NCBI RefSeq assembly: GCF_009914755.1
Contig: NC_060936.1
Direction: 5' to 3' (one strand)
Source of the DNA: the human T2T-CHM13v2.0 reference genome, Homo sapiens
DNA: 64,000 nucleotides
Below the pieces are notes generated by a model. The model ran no database searches and was not told where the DNA came from. It saw only the letters and a program-made list of their open reading frames with translations. Of the stretch, positions 40,190-56,495 are shown one piece after another. How positions within the stretch are numbered: the stretch's first letter is position 1; each line of letters opens with the position of its first letter. Made by a program: the position numbers and the translations under genes.

Positions 40190-41740
40190 ATACAAGAGGA
40201 ATCGGAAAGGGAAACTGAGTTAGGAGAGTATTTTGATAGTCTAAGTTAGAAATAATCAAGACTTCAGTTAGAAAATTAGCAGTGAGATATCTAGAAGTAG
40301 AAACTACAGGACTTCTTTCCCATTCAAGGGAGAAAAATGAAGCAAGGATATCATCTTAGAAGTGATGTTTGTAACCTTGCAACTGGATGAGGTTGCCATT
40401 GAGGAGAACCAGGTAGATATCTTTGAGAGTTATCCACATTTATAGGTGGAAGAAGGTTTAAAAAACAACAATAATAATGAGAATGAGTTGACTATGGTGT
40501 CAGAGGCTATGGACTGAGAATTTTCAAGTATTTTCATGAATATCTCAAGCAATTAAGAACAATATGGTGATATAAAAGTATAGGAAGCTTCAGAACTGTT
40601 TTCAAACATAATACTTTTTTGGAAATATTTTCTCAAATGTATGCTTATTGGGTATCTTCAAAGTTGTACTTTGTAAAGGTACAGCTTTACAAAGTGGTAG
40701 TCTTGGGATCCAAGAAAGGCAACCAGACTTATGAAACAGAAAACAGACTTGTGAAACAGACTTATGAAACAGGACACATAGGTTGCAGTCCCAGGTCTGC
40801 CTCTTCTAGCCCGCTGACCTTGGGTATGCCACTTGCCCAGTTCTCATTTTCCTAATCTGATAAATGGGGATGACAGTGTGTGCCCTGCCTACTGCAAAGT
40901 TTATTATTCCTTTTAACTTAGATAGCAAGTGTGAAAATGTGTTTTTAAATATATAGAGAATTATACAAATAATGTGTTGTAGTAGTAACCTTTTTGCTGA
41001 TGTTCACAAGCACTTTAGTATTCAGACACTTTAGACAGTTTGTATTCCTGGTAAAGAGGTAGCATAACACTAGTCTCAGGTAATCCTGTCTTGGGGGAGC
41101 TCACCATCCCACAGGGAAGACGAGATAAGGAAATAAATAGCTATAAACATCAGGACATGCATCATATGAAGGCAGGAATTGTATTGCTAATGTATTCTTA
41201 GTGCTTGAAACCTGGTGGGCTCTCCTAATATTGATGGTATAATGTAATACAAGGTGAAAAGTCATATAAGTAAAATGCAGTGGTAATTTTGAGAAAGGAG
41301 AGATTCTAAACCTGGCACATTGCCTGGATCATAATTATAGACAAATATATGATGAATTAATGCATAACAGTTCGGGGAGAGGTGCCATGCCCCAGAAAGC
41401 TACTTTGGTTAGCATGCAGCAAGAAGTTGAAATCATATCAGATGCAAAATTTAGAATTAGCAGCAAAGGAAAAAATGGTTTTTAAATCTAGAAGACTCTA
41501 AATTACTCAAAGCCAAGTCCATGAAAATCGGAGAAAACGGTAAGGGTCAGAGGAGATGCCCTCTGGAATGGTGGTATACCCAAGCCGATCATTTATTCGC
41601 TGTTTTGGTTACAATTGGATCTCACACAAGAGCAGGGTGTTGCTTATATTCAGATGTGTACCGGTAATACATGTACTGCAGTGTTCTGTTTTAAATGTGG
41701 CAAGTGAAAGGACTCTGACCATGTCATCTTCTGTCTGTAG

Positions 41741-41846
41741 GAATAGATAATCTCTATGAGAGGGCGCTTCACATCCGCAAACTCCTCCTGACTTTGCCCA
41801 GGTCGGTCCTTATAGTGATGAGGTACCTCTTTGCCTTCCTCAATCA
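41741..41846 (+). CDS. SRGAP1: SRGAP1 exon (106 nt, phase 1-2), RhoGAP: IDNLYERALHIRKLLLTLPRSVLIVMRYLFAFLN(H)
   Basis: cttctgtctgtag|GAATAG ... CAATCA|gtaagt. Confidence 0.96.
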
Positions 41847-44570
41847 GTAAGTACCTGAATGCTCTGACAAAAGGCCCATCTGAATTCTGTCTTTGTTCTT
41901 CGATCCTGTAAAATGTACGTTGGGTTCCATTTATCAGCAGAGTCAAAGAGAAAAATGATTGAATATACATTGAAAAATGTACTGAAGGTACATTTTTCCT
42001 CAGCAGATCAACATCATTGATAGATGAAAGCCCTACCCCAGATGTAAAAACTGTGGCCACAAATGCAAAGATATTTAAATATTACTAAAAAAAAACCACA
42101 ACTTTTCAGTGAGAAGTGTTATTCAGTGTTTTTCAGACTTTCATCCAAAACTGTCATGAATGTTTTTGTCAAAATGATGTAAACTGGCTGTTCATTGCGG
42201 AAAATTTCTGCGACTTTTTAATATTGTAGTTGAGGATGGAAGAAAATCATAGATGGGAGCTGTACACAGATCCAAAAAAGAATTTCTGCAAATTCACTGT
42301 AATGAGACCTTATCAACAAGAAAATACCTCAAAATGTTCTCCTAAACAGAGTAACAAATCTTTTAAATTACTACATTATTTTCAAAGAACTTTATTCTTT
42401 TAATTTCAGCAACTTGATTTTCAGCTATGCTACTTCCTGCTGTATGGGTTCCATTATAAGAACAGCTTCCCCAAGTCCTATCTAAGAGTACTCTTGCTAT
42501 TCAACATTTCAGCTAAGCAGCTGGAAACAAAGAAATGCAGGGGGAATCAACTTATTGAGTAAACTTGGGGAAATGCCTTCTCATGCTAGCATGGATTCTC
42601 CTTTCCTAAAATTCGGATATTTTCTTTTCTCTATTTCATGGGACATTTGGAGTTCTCAGAAGCCACGGTGATTTATTACAATCCCGCTGACTAGTCCTGA
42701 AATCATACCCACTCAGCTTGACCCCAAGAGCCAAGTATCATACAATAGGGAAATGTTGGCAGAGAACCATACAGAATGAGACTCTACTGCTGACCTGTGG
42801 TGCCTAAAACATTCACAAACGACAGTAGCAACCCCTTTGTACATTAATCACCACTGGAAAAAAGCAGTATCTAGAGAGTTAAGTTTAAACTATGGTTAGG
42901 CTAGACACTATACATTTTTACCTTTAAGGAAACACACTCACTCAGGCAGTTTTAAAAGTCCAGAGGCTTGCCTGTTGCCCCACCATCACCACCACCACCA
43001 TACACCAGGATGGAGTACCTTGCATTCCTGCTGGCCCCCTCCATACCATTCCTACCAAATCTTCCTGACACACCTGAACAAAATCCACTGTGAACTAATA
43101 ATCCATAATGGACTAGGAAAGCAGTCTGTTAATTAAGAAAGTTCTCAAAACCTGAACCTAACTCATCATGCATCTCAAAGAATGGCAAATGCACCATGGG
43201 TGTTGCTGTTATTGCTTCCAGTGGTTCTACCCAGAGGCCCCCTAGCTGGTTGCACCTGCCTTCATGCAGACACAAGGGCCCAGCCTCTAGGGCAGGATGC
43301 TTGGGATGGGGATTATGAAAAGAGAAATTAGCTATTATTTTTTACTGCAAAATCAAAACTTGGAAGTAACATTTTTACATCAAGTTTCTGTTTGCAAGCC
43401 AGCACTAAAGACCCAGAAAGATTAACTGTGACTGTCTCCACTGAGCTGAAGTATGTCTTTTGGAAATTAGGCCATTCTTATTCAGAATCTCCATTTTCAA
43501 GATGATCTGTAATATGATCATTTACTGTTATTGTGATTTTTTAAAAAATATTGTGTGTTTGAGAAATGGCAGAAGGGAAAGACATATGTTAGCTATGGAA
43601 ATTATGCTTTTGTATTTTCTACTTCCTAGACTATCTTATTTCCAAAAAAAGGGTAAAGTATCATGTCATGTGGTATCTCAGTTTCTTTGTATCTGTCATC
43701 ACCTCACAAAGGTAGTTGAGTCTCCTTTTTCTCCTTCCATTTGTCATATGTTCACCTGGATTTTACATTTCCTTTCAAGATTGACATTCTATACACTGAA
43801 AGATAACATATCTAAACTCTCCCTAGAACAAGGAGCATAGCAATAAAGAGCTGGCTTATTTTGAGTCACTGTGAAAATATTTCACAAATACCCATTGAGT
43901 AGAATGTAGAAATTAGTACTAGACAACTGGAAATCTCCCCCACAGTTTGCAAGCCTTGCATAGAATAAGAGAACTGAGGATTCTTTTCCCCTTTTCTTGT
44001 ATTTATAATGGCTTTTGTGACACTGGTTGTCACCTAGTGTTGAATGTCTTACCCAAAAGCAGATTATAAAGCCTGGAGTTATTGGCTCCTTTCAGTAGTT
44101 ACAAAGAAAAGGTTCTTTGTTTTTTTCTAGGCTTTCTCCAAGATTTATAGGAGAAAACTAAAAATCTGAGATATATTTGAGTGGGGAGAAGACAATTTTA
44201 AAGACATCCATAAAGCTTTATGGAAATCCTCACTGTGTATCCTAAATTTACTTGAGGAACATTTAGAGCTTGACCGTCACATTTGCAAATAAAACTCATT
44301 TATGTGATCCTGGTCTCCATTGTAGTGAATATTATATTAAACCCCCTCCTGACTTTGAAAAATGCTACTTAGTTAAGCAAATAGGACTTAGAATCCCCTC
44401 TCAATTTCTACTTAGTTAAGGTCATAAGTCATTTCACTTTCTTTGGAGTTTGCTGAGCCAACTTAAAGTTGAAGTATCTTATTAAAGTATTGAAGTATCT
44501 TGTTATTAAACATTTATATCCTTTTTTTCTCTTTGTTCTTTTATAACTCCTTTCTTGTTTCCTTTTGTAG

Positions 44571-44795
44571 TCTATCACAGTACAGCGATGAGAATATGAT
44601 GGACCCTTATAACCTGGCCATTTGCTTTGGCCCAACATTGATGCCTGTCCCAGAAATACAGGATCAAGTGTCTTGCCAGGCACATGTGAATGAAATTATC
44701 AAAACCATCATCATCCACCATGAGACTATTTTCCCAGATGCTAAAGAGCTGGATGGCCCTGTTTATGAGAAATGTATGGCTGGAGATGACTATTG
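44571..44795 (+). CDS. SRGAP1: SRGAP1 exon (225 nt, phase 2-2), RhoGAP end: LSQYSDENMMDPYNLAICFGPTLM...MAGDDY(C)
   Basis: ccttttgtag|TCTATC ... TATTG|gtaagt; NxMxxxNLAICFGPTL RhoGAP motif. Confidence 0.97.
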
Positions 44796-45754
44796 GTAAG
44801 TCTAAGAATTTTAGTCCTCCTCTCCCACCGAAAATTATGGAAATATAGCTATCAATTTGATTAGAAGAAAGAGTTTCCCATAAGCCACCAATGCTTCCAA
44901 CTTAAAAGGAAGAAGCAGTAAAACTTGAAATAAATTTTTAGAATACTAAGACCCATGGAAACTCATATTCATCCCTCTCTTTTCTCCAAGGACTCTTATC
45001 TTTCAAATAAATCTACCCTATCGTGGTTTTTGTAGACAAAAAGGGTTTTGATGTTATGTAGAGCTATGTTAACTTTTATCATTACATTAAATCAAGAAAA
45101 GATAACAGATTGACATTTTATTTTTCAGTCTAAATCAAAGGTTTTGGTTTCATATAAAGTGTTTTTAAATTCTCATTTTAAAGGAGCCCTGTCAACCAAA
45201 TGTATTTTCATTCTTAACTTTTCATTTTCACTCTTCCTAATGAATATAATTCTAGCTATAATTATAGTTAGACCTTTAGGTCATTTTGAGCAAATTTATT
45301 ATATTAATATATTTTGGGGATAAAATTTTTAGCATGGCAATATTGCCTCCCATTGCTGCAAATGACAGGATCTCATTCTTTTTATTGCTGAATAATATTC
45401 CATTGTGTAGATATACCATAATTTCTTTAATCCATTCATTCAGTGCTAGACACTTAGGTTGTTTTCACATCTTGGCTATTGTGACTAATGCTACAATAAA
45501 TATGGGAGTGCAGATATCTCTTCAATATACTGATTTCCTTTCTTTTGGATGTATACCTAGCAGTGAAGGTCATTATGTTAAGTGAAATAAGCCAGGCGGG
45601 AAAGACAAATATCACATGTTCTTACTCATATATGGAGCTAAAAAAGTGGATCTCATAGAGGTAGAGAGTAGAGTGATGGTTACCAAAGGCTAGGAAGGGA
45701 AGGGGAATAGGAAGGATGAAAAGAAGTTGGTTAAGGGCTATAAAAATACAGTTA

Positions 45755-46248
<494 letters not shown>

Positions 46249-47139
46249 TTAGTATTCAGTAGTACAGTAGGAAAATTATAGCTAACAATAATGTATATTT
46301 CAAAACAGAAGAATTGTAAGGTTCCCAGTATGAAGAAAAAATAATTGTTTGAGGTGATGGATATCCCAGTTACCCAGATTTGATCATTACACATTGTATA
46401 TGGGTATCAAAATATCACATGTACCCCTAAAATATGTACAACTATTATATATCAATTAAAAAATAGCAAAGAAAGAAACTTCAATTTCTTGAACCCCTAT
46501 TATATCTCAGCTGCTTAGTGCACATGATCTCTTTTATTTAGCATGACCACTCTACCAAATAAGTTAGGAAAGGCCAAGGAGCCTTCCAATGATTAGTAGT
46601 AAATCAAAGTTAGGTGTGTGTGATTCCAAAGCATATGTGAGTCTTCTTACTCAGCAACCTCCCTGCCCACCTCAGAAACTGCCCTGTGCAGCTAGGATTC
46701 AAGAGCAGCTGGAAATAGGTTTGTTTAAATCCCTTATTCTGGACCCTGCTCACAACACTTTCTTTCTCATTTTCTTACCAAAGATTAAGTAGAAGTGGAA
46801 TGAGTAGCTGAAAGATAGTTAAATAACTGAAAGTACTTTTTTTTTTAACTTGAATCATAGTATGGTCATATGCCTTAAGAAAACTTAGTTGACTATTTCC
46901 AGAAGTACTGTTTTCTAAATTAAGAATGAAACATACCTAGATTCCAGTTCTGTAGTATATTCACCAACTTTACACATGAAGTTCAATTCAAAATATTTAC
47001 TTGAGTACTTAGTATGGGAAAGATACTGACTGAGCTTGGCTCTGGGAAAGTAAATGAATGCAACTCAACCCTGCTGAGATACATGATTTTATTTTCATCA
47101 TTGTATTTGTTTTAAGGCCAGTACCAAAGATATGGTTAG

Positions 47140-47463
<324 letters not shown>

Positions 47464-48286
47464 TAGCATTTTTAAATATTAGGGCTATGTCAGTAAGCTC
47501 TGCTGTCTTGTTCATTTTATAAAAGAGCAAGTTTGTAGATGTCTGGTCAATATTATTTATATTCTAGGACATTTTGTGATCGCTACTTTTTCCAGACAGA
47601 GTAAAGCTCCCATGACAGTCTTGCAGCCAGTAACGTGTGCTCGATGGTGTCTATCTTTTTCTATGGGTATTGCTCATTTTAAACAGGAAGTCAACAGTGT
47701 AGTAGTTATACTTGTCCCCCAACATCAGAAATGTAAATGGGCTTTTACAGTAATAGTAGGTTTATATTTGTGGCCCATGTATTCCATTTATCAGCACACA
47801 GTTGAGGATTGGTGGTGACAGTGTTAAGGGATAAGTTTTAAAAGAGGATAAAATCATGATTCTCATACAGATATGCAATGAACATGTGTCAAGAAAAGGT
47901 GGTAAAGATGCCACAAGCAGTTCAAAGGAGACATCAAAGAATGACCAATTTATATGTAGTAAAGGAATAGCAAAATGAATTTGTAAAAAACTGGTCTATC
48001 CATAGGGCAATAATCATATTCTACCAGAATTCAACTAATTTGTATTTCTGTGGATAAGAATTACTTATAATGCTATCCATTTTTTACAAGTTAACTTCTG
48101 TCTTTATAGAGTTGTAAAATAACCTAGTCAAAGATGAATGTATGTATCTAATATATATTCCTGTAGGACAGCATAATCAATGGAGGTGCCAGGATTCCAT
48201 TGACAACTATCCAATTACTCTTTTGTCCTTATAGAGTCTTATAGTTTTCATTACAGTAGCAATTGCTCATTATTAAAATTCTCTCA

Positions 48287-48575
48287 GGCTGGGCATGGTG
48301 GCTCACACCTGTAATCCTGGCACTTTGGGAGATCAAGGCAGGAGGATCAATTAAGCCCAGGAGTTTGAGACCAGCCCAGACAAAATAATGAGACCCTCAT
48401 CTTTACAAAAAAATTAAAAATTAGTCAGGTGTGGTGGTGCACACCTGTTGTCCCAGCTACTTGGGAGGCTGAGGTAGGAGGATCACTTGAGCCTGGGAGG
48501 CAGAGGTTTCAGTGAGCCAAGATCACACCACTGCACTCCAGCCTAGGCAGCAGTGCAAGAACCTGTCTCAAAAAA
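48287..48575 (+). mobile_element. AluJ
   Basis: Full dimer ending 47 nt before an exon. Confidence 0.9.
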
Positions 48576-48622
48576 TTTTTGTCTATTTTAATTTCATATG
48601 AATTTCCATTTGTATTCTACAG

Positions 48623-48702
48623 CGACAGCCCATACAGTGAGCACGGTACATTGGAGGAAGTGGACCAAGATGCTGGTACAGAGCCCCACACAAGTGAAGA
48701 TG
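48623..48702 (+). CDS. SRGAP1: SRGAP1 exon (80 nt, phase 2-1), acidic linker: DSPYSEHGTLEEVDQDAGTEPHTSED(E)
   Basis: tattctacag|CGACAG ... GAAGATG|gtatgc. Confidence 0.95.
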
Positions 48703-48781
48703 GTATGCTCTCCCCTTATGCTATTATAAAGCCAGTCTTTATATCCCTATTGTAAACAATTGCTTGTATTAACATTTTAGA

Positions 48782-49085
48782 GGCAAAGCACAGTGGCTCC
48801 TACCTATAATCCCAGCACGTTGGGAAGCCAAGGTTGGAGGATCACTTGAGCCCAGGAGTTCAACACCAGCCTGTGCAACATAGTGAGATCCCATCTCTAC
48901 AAAAAAATACAAAAAATTAGCCAGGCGTGGTGATGTGCACCTGTAGTCCCAGTTACTCAGAAGGGTGAGTTGGGAGGATTGCATGAGCCCAGGAGTCTGA
49001 GGCTACAGTGAACTAGGATAGCGCCACTGCCCTCCAGCCTGGGCAACAGAACAGACCTCATCTCAAAAAAAAAAAAAAAAAAAAA
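48782..49085 (+). mobile_element. AluJ
   Basis: Full dimer starting about 80 nt after an exon. Confidence 0.9.
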
Positions 49086-49615
49086 GTAGATTAAAAAAAA
49101 TTCATAAAATATGTGTAAGGTATAAAAAATAACATTACAATGAAAACCAATGAAACCACCACCAAGCTTAAGAAAAAAAGACTTATTGTTTCCTTTGCAC
49201 TTCCCTGATCTGACTGCTTTACTTACCCCCTCAGGAGTAACCACTATGTTTGTGTTTTTAAATAGTTTCTTGTTTCCTTTTCTATTTTCTTAAATCTTCT
49301 ATAAGTGGGATCATACTGTATATATTTTTCGTGAGTTTTTTCTACTCAGTATTATGTTCCTGATGTTCATCTGTGCAGTTGCTTGCAGTTTGAACTGTTT
49401 ATTTTACCACTGTATAATATTCCATTGTATGTATCTATTCCGTTCTTGATGAATATGTCAGGTATTTTCTACTCGTTGCTATTAAGAACAGTGCTGCTAT
49501 GCACTGTTAGGACATTTTGAACATGTCTTCTACTGAAAATGTACAGGAGTTTCTCTAGGATGTATGCCTAGGAGTAACCGTGTCTTCAGCTTTACTCTAT
49601 ACTGTCAAACCATTT

Positions 49616-50062
49616 TTATGAAGACAGTTGCTACTTATAGTTCCCCAGAGAAGGGGGCATGCCATGCTATGGGAAGCTACCTGGGGAAGCATCAGGAGGC
49701 AGAGGGAGAGTGAAGACTTTGGTGTGCTTTCCACAGGAAGGCATCAGTGAGGCAGGGTAAGCAGCTTTAGGGTTGCCTAGTTGGAATAATTTCAGCAGGC
49801 TCTGGGGCATTAGGGGATGTCCCAAGTTGTCTGGTACCTACCTGGCCCTGGGGTGCCGAGAATAGGGCAGCAGTGGCCTGGAGTGGGAGAGCCTGATAAT
49901 CAGGGTGGTGGGGTGTTGGCTCCAATGGGCAGGTTGGTGTTTGGAAAGTTTGCTTGTGGGTGAGTTGTTTACTATCTCCAGAAATTGGCTAACCCTAGAG
50001 GGACTGTCCCTCCAAGGTCAGCAAGGCCCAAGAGGTCAGAAGATAAAAGACATGGTTGATAA
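49616..50062 (-). mobile_element. ERVL LTR, MER54/MER74 group
   Basis: Reverse complement ccttgctgaccttggagggacagtccctctagggttagccaatttctggagatagtaa aligns with the LTR at 21789. Confidence 0.68.
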
Positions 50063-50989
50063 TGTGTTTATTTATCTTTTGTAAAATTCCTATCAAGTCT
50101 TTTGCCCATTTTTCTATTGAGTTTTCTGGGCTCTTTTTGTTTGGTTTCGCTTGGTTTTGTATTTAGTTGTTTTTTTATTTGATTTGTAAGGGTTCTTTGT
50201 GGGTCCACATCAGGTCCTTTACTGGGTATATGCTTTGCAGATATCTTCCCCTGCTCTGTAGCTTTGTTTTTCAAATGCTTATTATGTCTTTTGCAAAACA
50301 GAACATCTTAATTTTAAAGTAGTTAAATTTATCAATCTTTTCCTTCATGGTAATTTTACTTCGCATCTCCTTTAAGAAATCCTTCTGTGTCTTGAGGTAA
50401 TAAATAATTCTCCTATATTCTCTTATTTTATTTTATTTTGGTAAGAACACTTAAGTGTACAGTACCTTAGTGTTGACCATAGGTACAGTGTTATACAGCA
50501 GATCTCTAGAGCTTGTTCTCCTTGCTTGACTGAAACTTTATTCTCGCTTATTAGTAACTTCCCATTTCCCGCTTCCCCCAGCCTCTGGCAACTACCGTTC
50601 CACCCTTTGATTCTATGAATTGGATTCTTTTAGATACCTCATATAAGTGAACTTACATAGTGTTTGTCTTTCTGTGTCTGGCTTATTTCACTTAGCAAAA
50701 TGTCCTCCAGGTTCATCCATGCTGTCACATATGTCGGGATTTCCTTCTTTTTACAGTCTGAATAGAATGCCATTGTATTTACCTATATTTTCTTTATCTA
50801 TTCATCTGTCCGTGGACATTTAGGCCATTTCTACATCTTGGCTATTGTGAATAGTGCTGAAATGAACATAGGAGTGCTCTTCAAGATCCTGATTTCAGTT
50901 ATTTTGGATAAATACCCAGAAGTAGGATTGTTGGATCACATGGTAGTTCTATTTTTAAGTTTTTGAGGAATCTCTGTGCTGTTTTCTGA

Positions 50990-51369
<380 letters not shown>

Positions 51370-51480
51370 CAACATTTGTTACCTTTTGTTTGTTTTGTTT
51401 GTTTCCTAACACAGTGGGATAACCTCATATGTGGTTTTGATTTGCATTCTCCTGATGATTAGTGATGTTCAGCATTTTAA

Positions 51481-51828
<348 letters not shown>

Positions 51829-52565
51829 TAAATCCTTTAAGGTTTTGCTTTTCACACATAAGTCTTTATTCCACCAGCAATTTATTTGGGGGTATGGGAT
51901 GAGGTAGGGATCCATTCCCTTTTTCTTTATATGGATATGTAATTGTCGCAATTATCTCAGCATTAATTGTCCTTTCTCCACTGCTCTACATCTTTGCCAT
52001 AAATGAAGTATCTTCTTTGTGTGAATTTCCTCCTGGGCTCTATTCTTTTCTACTAGTCTACATGTCTATCCCTATATCACTGTCCTAGTTTTGATACCTT
52101 TTAATAAATCTTAATCGTTCATAAAGCAACACCTCTGCTTTGTAATTCTTGGCTCTTTGCAATTCCACTTAAATTTTAGACTCAGTTTTTCAAGTTCTTC
52201 AGACAAACAAAACCCTCTAAAGCCCAACTGGAGTTTTGATTGCCTTTGTATTAATTCTACCTATATTAATATGGGGAGAATTAATATCGTTACAATATTC
52301 AATATTCCAGTCCATGAACATATTTCCAGTTATTTAATGTCTCCCAAATAAACTTTTTATTCTTTCTCTGTAGAGATTTTTTTCATTTTCTAACTTAAGT
52401 TTAAGGCTTAGCATTCATTTTCAACACTTTTTACTTTTTAATATAAACATTTAAAGCTGTCTGTTTTCTCTAGTACTTCTTTAGCTATATGCACAAATTC
52501 TTTTTTTTATTTCTTCAGCTGTAACTAATCTGCTTTAAGCAGATCCATTGAATTTTTATTTTTAA

Positions 52566-52970
<405 letters not shown>

Positions 52971-53816
52971 TAGCGCTTCCCATCAGAATATGTGTCTGAT
53001 AATTTCCATATGTCTTCCCAAATTTGTTTTGTTGGCTCTCACTCATTGAGTCTTATTTTCCACTGTGTTTGTAAATTTTGTACAGATTTCTTGGAACTTT
53101 AGGCTCAGTGGAAGGTAGATTCTTCCAGAGAGGGTTTTCATGTACTTCTGCCTGGGTTACAACCAGCCTAGGACAACATTGAATTTTTGGCTTGAAGTTT
53201 TTCAAACCACCCAGGTAGTGCAAATTTAAACTGCAAACCTACCTGAGAACTGGAATGTGGATGGGATTCTCAGATGATTTGTGTCAAGGTTTAAGATAGG
53301 TTATTTCCTTAATGGGGGTGGAGGGCAGGGGAGATGGTTACAATCTATGGAGAGGTATTGAGAGCTACAAGGGGATAAGATTTCTAGAACTAGATGTTCT
53401 AGAACTAGAAGTGTTGTAGAAAGTTCTAGAACACTAGAGTGAAGTTCACTCTGAAACTGAGGGTGTAATTCTCTGAGGGTGGGGAGGAGGGGAAGAGGCT
53501 TAGATTCCCTAACACTGGGCAAGCCCTGGACTTAATCTCCTATGAAAAAAAATTAAAAAGCTTAAGGTGACCAGGCTAGAAAAATGCCCTCAAGGCAAAA
53601 TCTGACTCATGTTCTAATGTTCTGCTTACCTCTCTGGGTTCCCACTTTCATTCCATTTTGGTCTTTAGTATTCTTTACTGTCTTGATAGCTTATTAATGC
53701 AATTACAAAGGTTGGTTGTTTGCTTTTAAATCCAGCATTTTTTGTTCATTCTAGCAGGAGGGTAATTAAGGTATCTAGTGTCCACTATCTGCTAAAAAAG
53801 AAAGCTTCTTTGTGTC

Positions 53817-54116
53817 TTTTTTTTTTTTTTTTTTTCTGTGAGACAGGGTTTCCACTCTGTTGCCCAGGCTGGAGTACAGTGGCACAATCTTGGCTCACTG
53901 TAGCCTCAACCTCCTGGGGCCAAGTGATCCTCCCACCTCAGCCTCCTGAGTAACTGGGACCATAGGCATGCACCACCATGCCTGGCTAATTTTGTATTTT
54001 TTGTAGAGACAGGGTTTCCCTATGTTGCCCAGGCTGGTCTCAAACTCCTGGGCTCAAACGATCCTCCTGGGATCCAAAGTGCTGGGATTAGAGGCATGAG
54101 CCACCCACGCCCCGCC
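53817..54116 (-). mobile_element. AluJ
   Basis: cttc(t/c)ttgtgtcttt TSD. Confidence 0.9.
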
Positions 54117-54213
54117 TTCCTTGTGTCTTTAAAAGTAAAATCAGTTGACATTTTCTGAACTTAATTTACAAGACATCCTTTAAAGTGAGAGCTTCTATTT
54201 CTAAAATGTTGCT

Positions 54214-54364
54214 CTTTTTTTATTTTTATTTTTTTTCTTTTTCTTTAGAGACAGGGCCTTCCTGTGTTGCCCAGGGTTGTTTCAAACTCCTGGCCTCAAG
54301 CAGTCCTCCTGCCTCAGCCTCCCAAAATGCTGGGATTGCAGGCGTGAGCCACCATGCCCAGCCT
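54214..54364 (-). mobile_element. FLAM_C-like monomer
   Basis: Left-arm-type monomer; atgttgct on both sides. Confidence 0.82.
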
Positions 54365-55426
54365 GTGATGTTGCTTTTGAAAGTCTCTGAGTCCTGCCTC
54401 TGCCACCATCCTTTCTTTTGGGTTTCTTTGTTTCTCACATGGTTTATTTCTTTTTCACTGCTGCCTTCTCTTAGGTGTTTCCCTGCTTTCCCCAGTAGCC
54501 AGAAAAGCCAGGACAAAGCCCAGCCATCTCTCTTCCCAAACATGAATCTCACCATCATGCCATCTGCCTTTTACCTCTTGACTATAAGAGAGCTTTGCTG
54601 AGTGCTCTGTGTTTTAGATAACATTTTGACCATGTTCACCTGATTTTTTGGAAAGAAAAACATTGCTTACAAAGGACAGATATTCTCACCCGCAGCCAAC
54701 CTCCAAAATCCTATAACTAAATTAACTAGAGTATCAATTATCCTTTGATTGCCGAGGTATTGTATTTTTTCTCTGTCATGGATCACTAGAGAGAGTAGCT
54801 TTTGTTTCTGAAAGACAGGCTATCACAGAACAAAACCATTCTCTGCAAGGACAGTGGGTAACAGATCTAGGAGGAAAAATGTCAGCAACAGCAAGGTTCC
54901 AAAGAGAAAGTGTGATCACATTTTATATAACATTACAAGAAATGGAAATATAAGATTTGACAGCACCAGGCAGTCAGGGAATCAGCTGTGTTGAATTGTC
55001 TTCCCTTTTGCACAAAATTATATTACCCATGCAGGAAAACTAAGTGATCATGTTGCACTCTCACTATTATTGTTATTGATAGCAGCAGTAGCAGCATTCT
55101 ATGAAGTCTCTGCAGGACCTTGAAGTACTGTGAGGCTTTCTATATGAAAGAGGCACAGTGTACCATGCCCTGAGATTGATTTGCTCTGCAATGACCAGAC
55201 TAAGATGTGTGTAAATAGCTTATTGATTGACACTTGACTGTGAAATGGCTCTCACAGGAGTAGAAAGAGTAAAAATAATGAAATTGCTGAGAATTACTAG
55301 TTGATGTACTAGGATTGCCAATAAAATGTTCTGCTGATTTATCTGGTCATCCTGTCATAACCTGACCACATTTGAATAAATAAGCAGAGTCTGATAATCC
55401 TGTTGCTTGTTTCAAAAAAATAATAA

Positions 55427-55738
<312 letters not shown>

Positions 55739-56017
55739 TCATAGAGGTCGTGATTGTGCAATTATAATAAAATATGTATATATCTGTTGAATAGTTTTAA
55801 CTATGTTGAATGGCCAGCATTGACAGTGTGTGATTGAATGTCATTAAAGAATATTAATGGTTCTGTCTTTATTTCTGTAACATAAGTATATGTAGACTGT
55901 ATACTGTATCATGTGTTGGTATCTTTTAATTTTTGTAAGTAAAGCCAAATACAAATATGTGGGTGTGTTCACACAGGAATTTGCAAATTACATGTCCTGA
56001 AGTTCTTGTAAATAAAT

Positions 56018-56454
56018 TAGCATGCCACGTCTGTAGTCCTAGCTACTTAGGAAGTTAAGGTGGGAGGATCACTTGAGCCCAGGAGTTTGGGGTTACAGTG
56101 AGCAATGATTGTGCTACTATATCCGGCATGGGTGACAAAATGAGACCCTGTCTCAAAAAAACAAAAACTAGCATGTCTTCATTCTTCCATGGGGTGTTTA
56201 TTTCTTTTTCATAGGAATAACTGGGGTACATATTTGGGTATCTGTCATCTCAAGTCAACCAGGATTTATTCTTTAAGTTTTGAACTATAATGAGATCATT
56301 CCCTTTAAATATAAAGTTATAGTCCCTCCTCTATGAAGCAGACACATAGATGTTTAATAAAGCTGCTATTTATATTGTTTTGGTAAAATATAATTTGGGG
56401 GAATACCAGAGTGTTAACATATAATCTAAAAGTTTTATTCAATTGCTAAAGGAT

Positions 56455-56495
<41 letters not shown>

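Noticed and set aside
41650-42060. 136-aa minus-strand ORF
   Set aside because: Antisense shadow of an SRGAP1 exon plus intron; GTG start; no recognisable domain.
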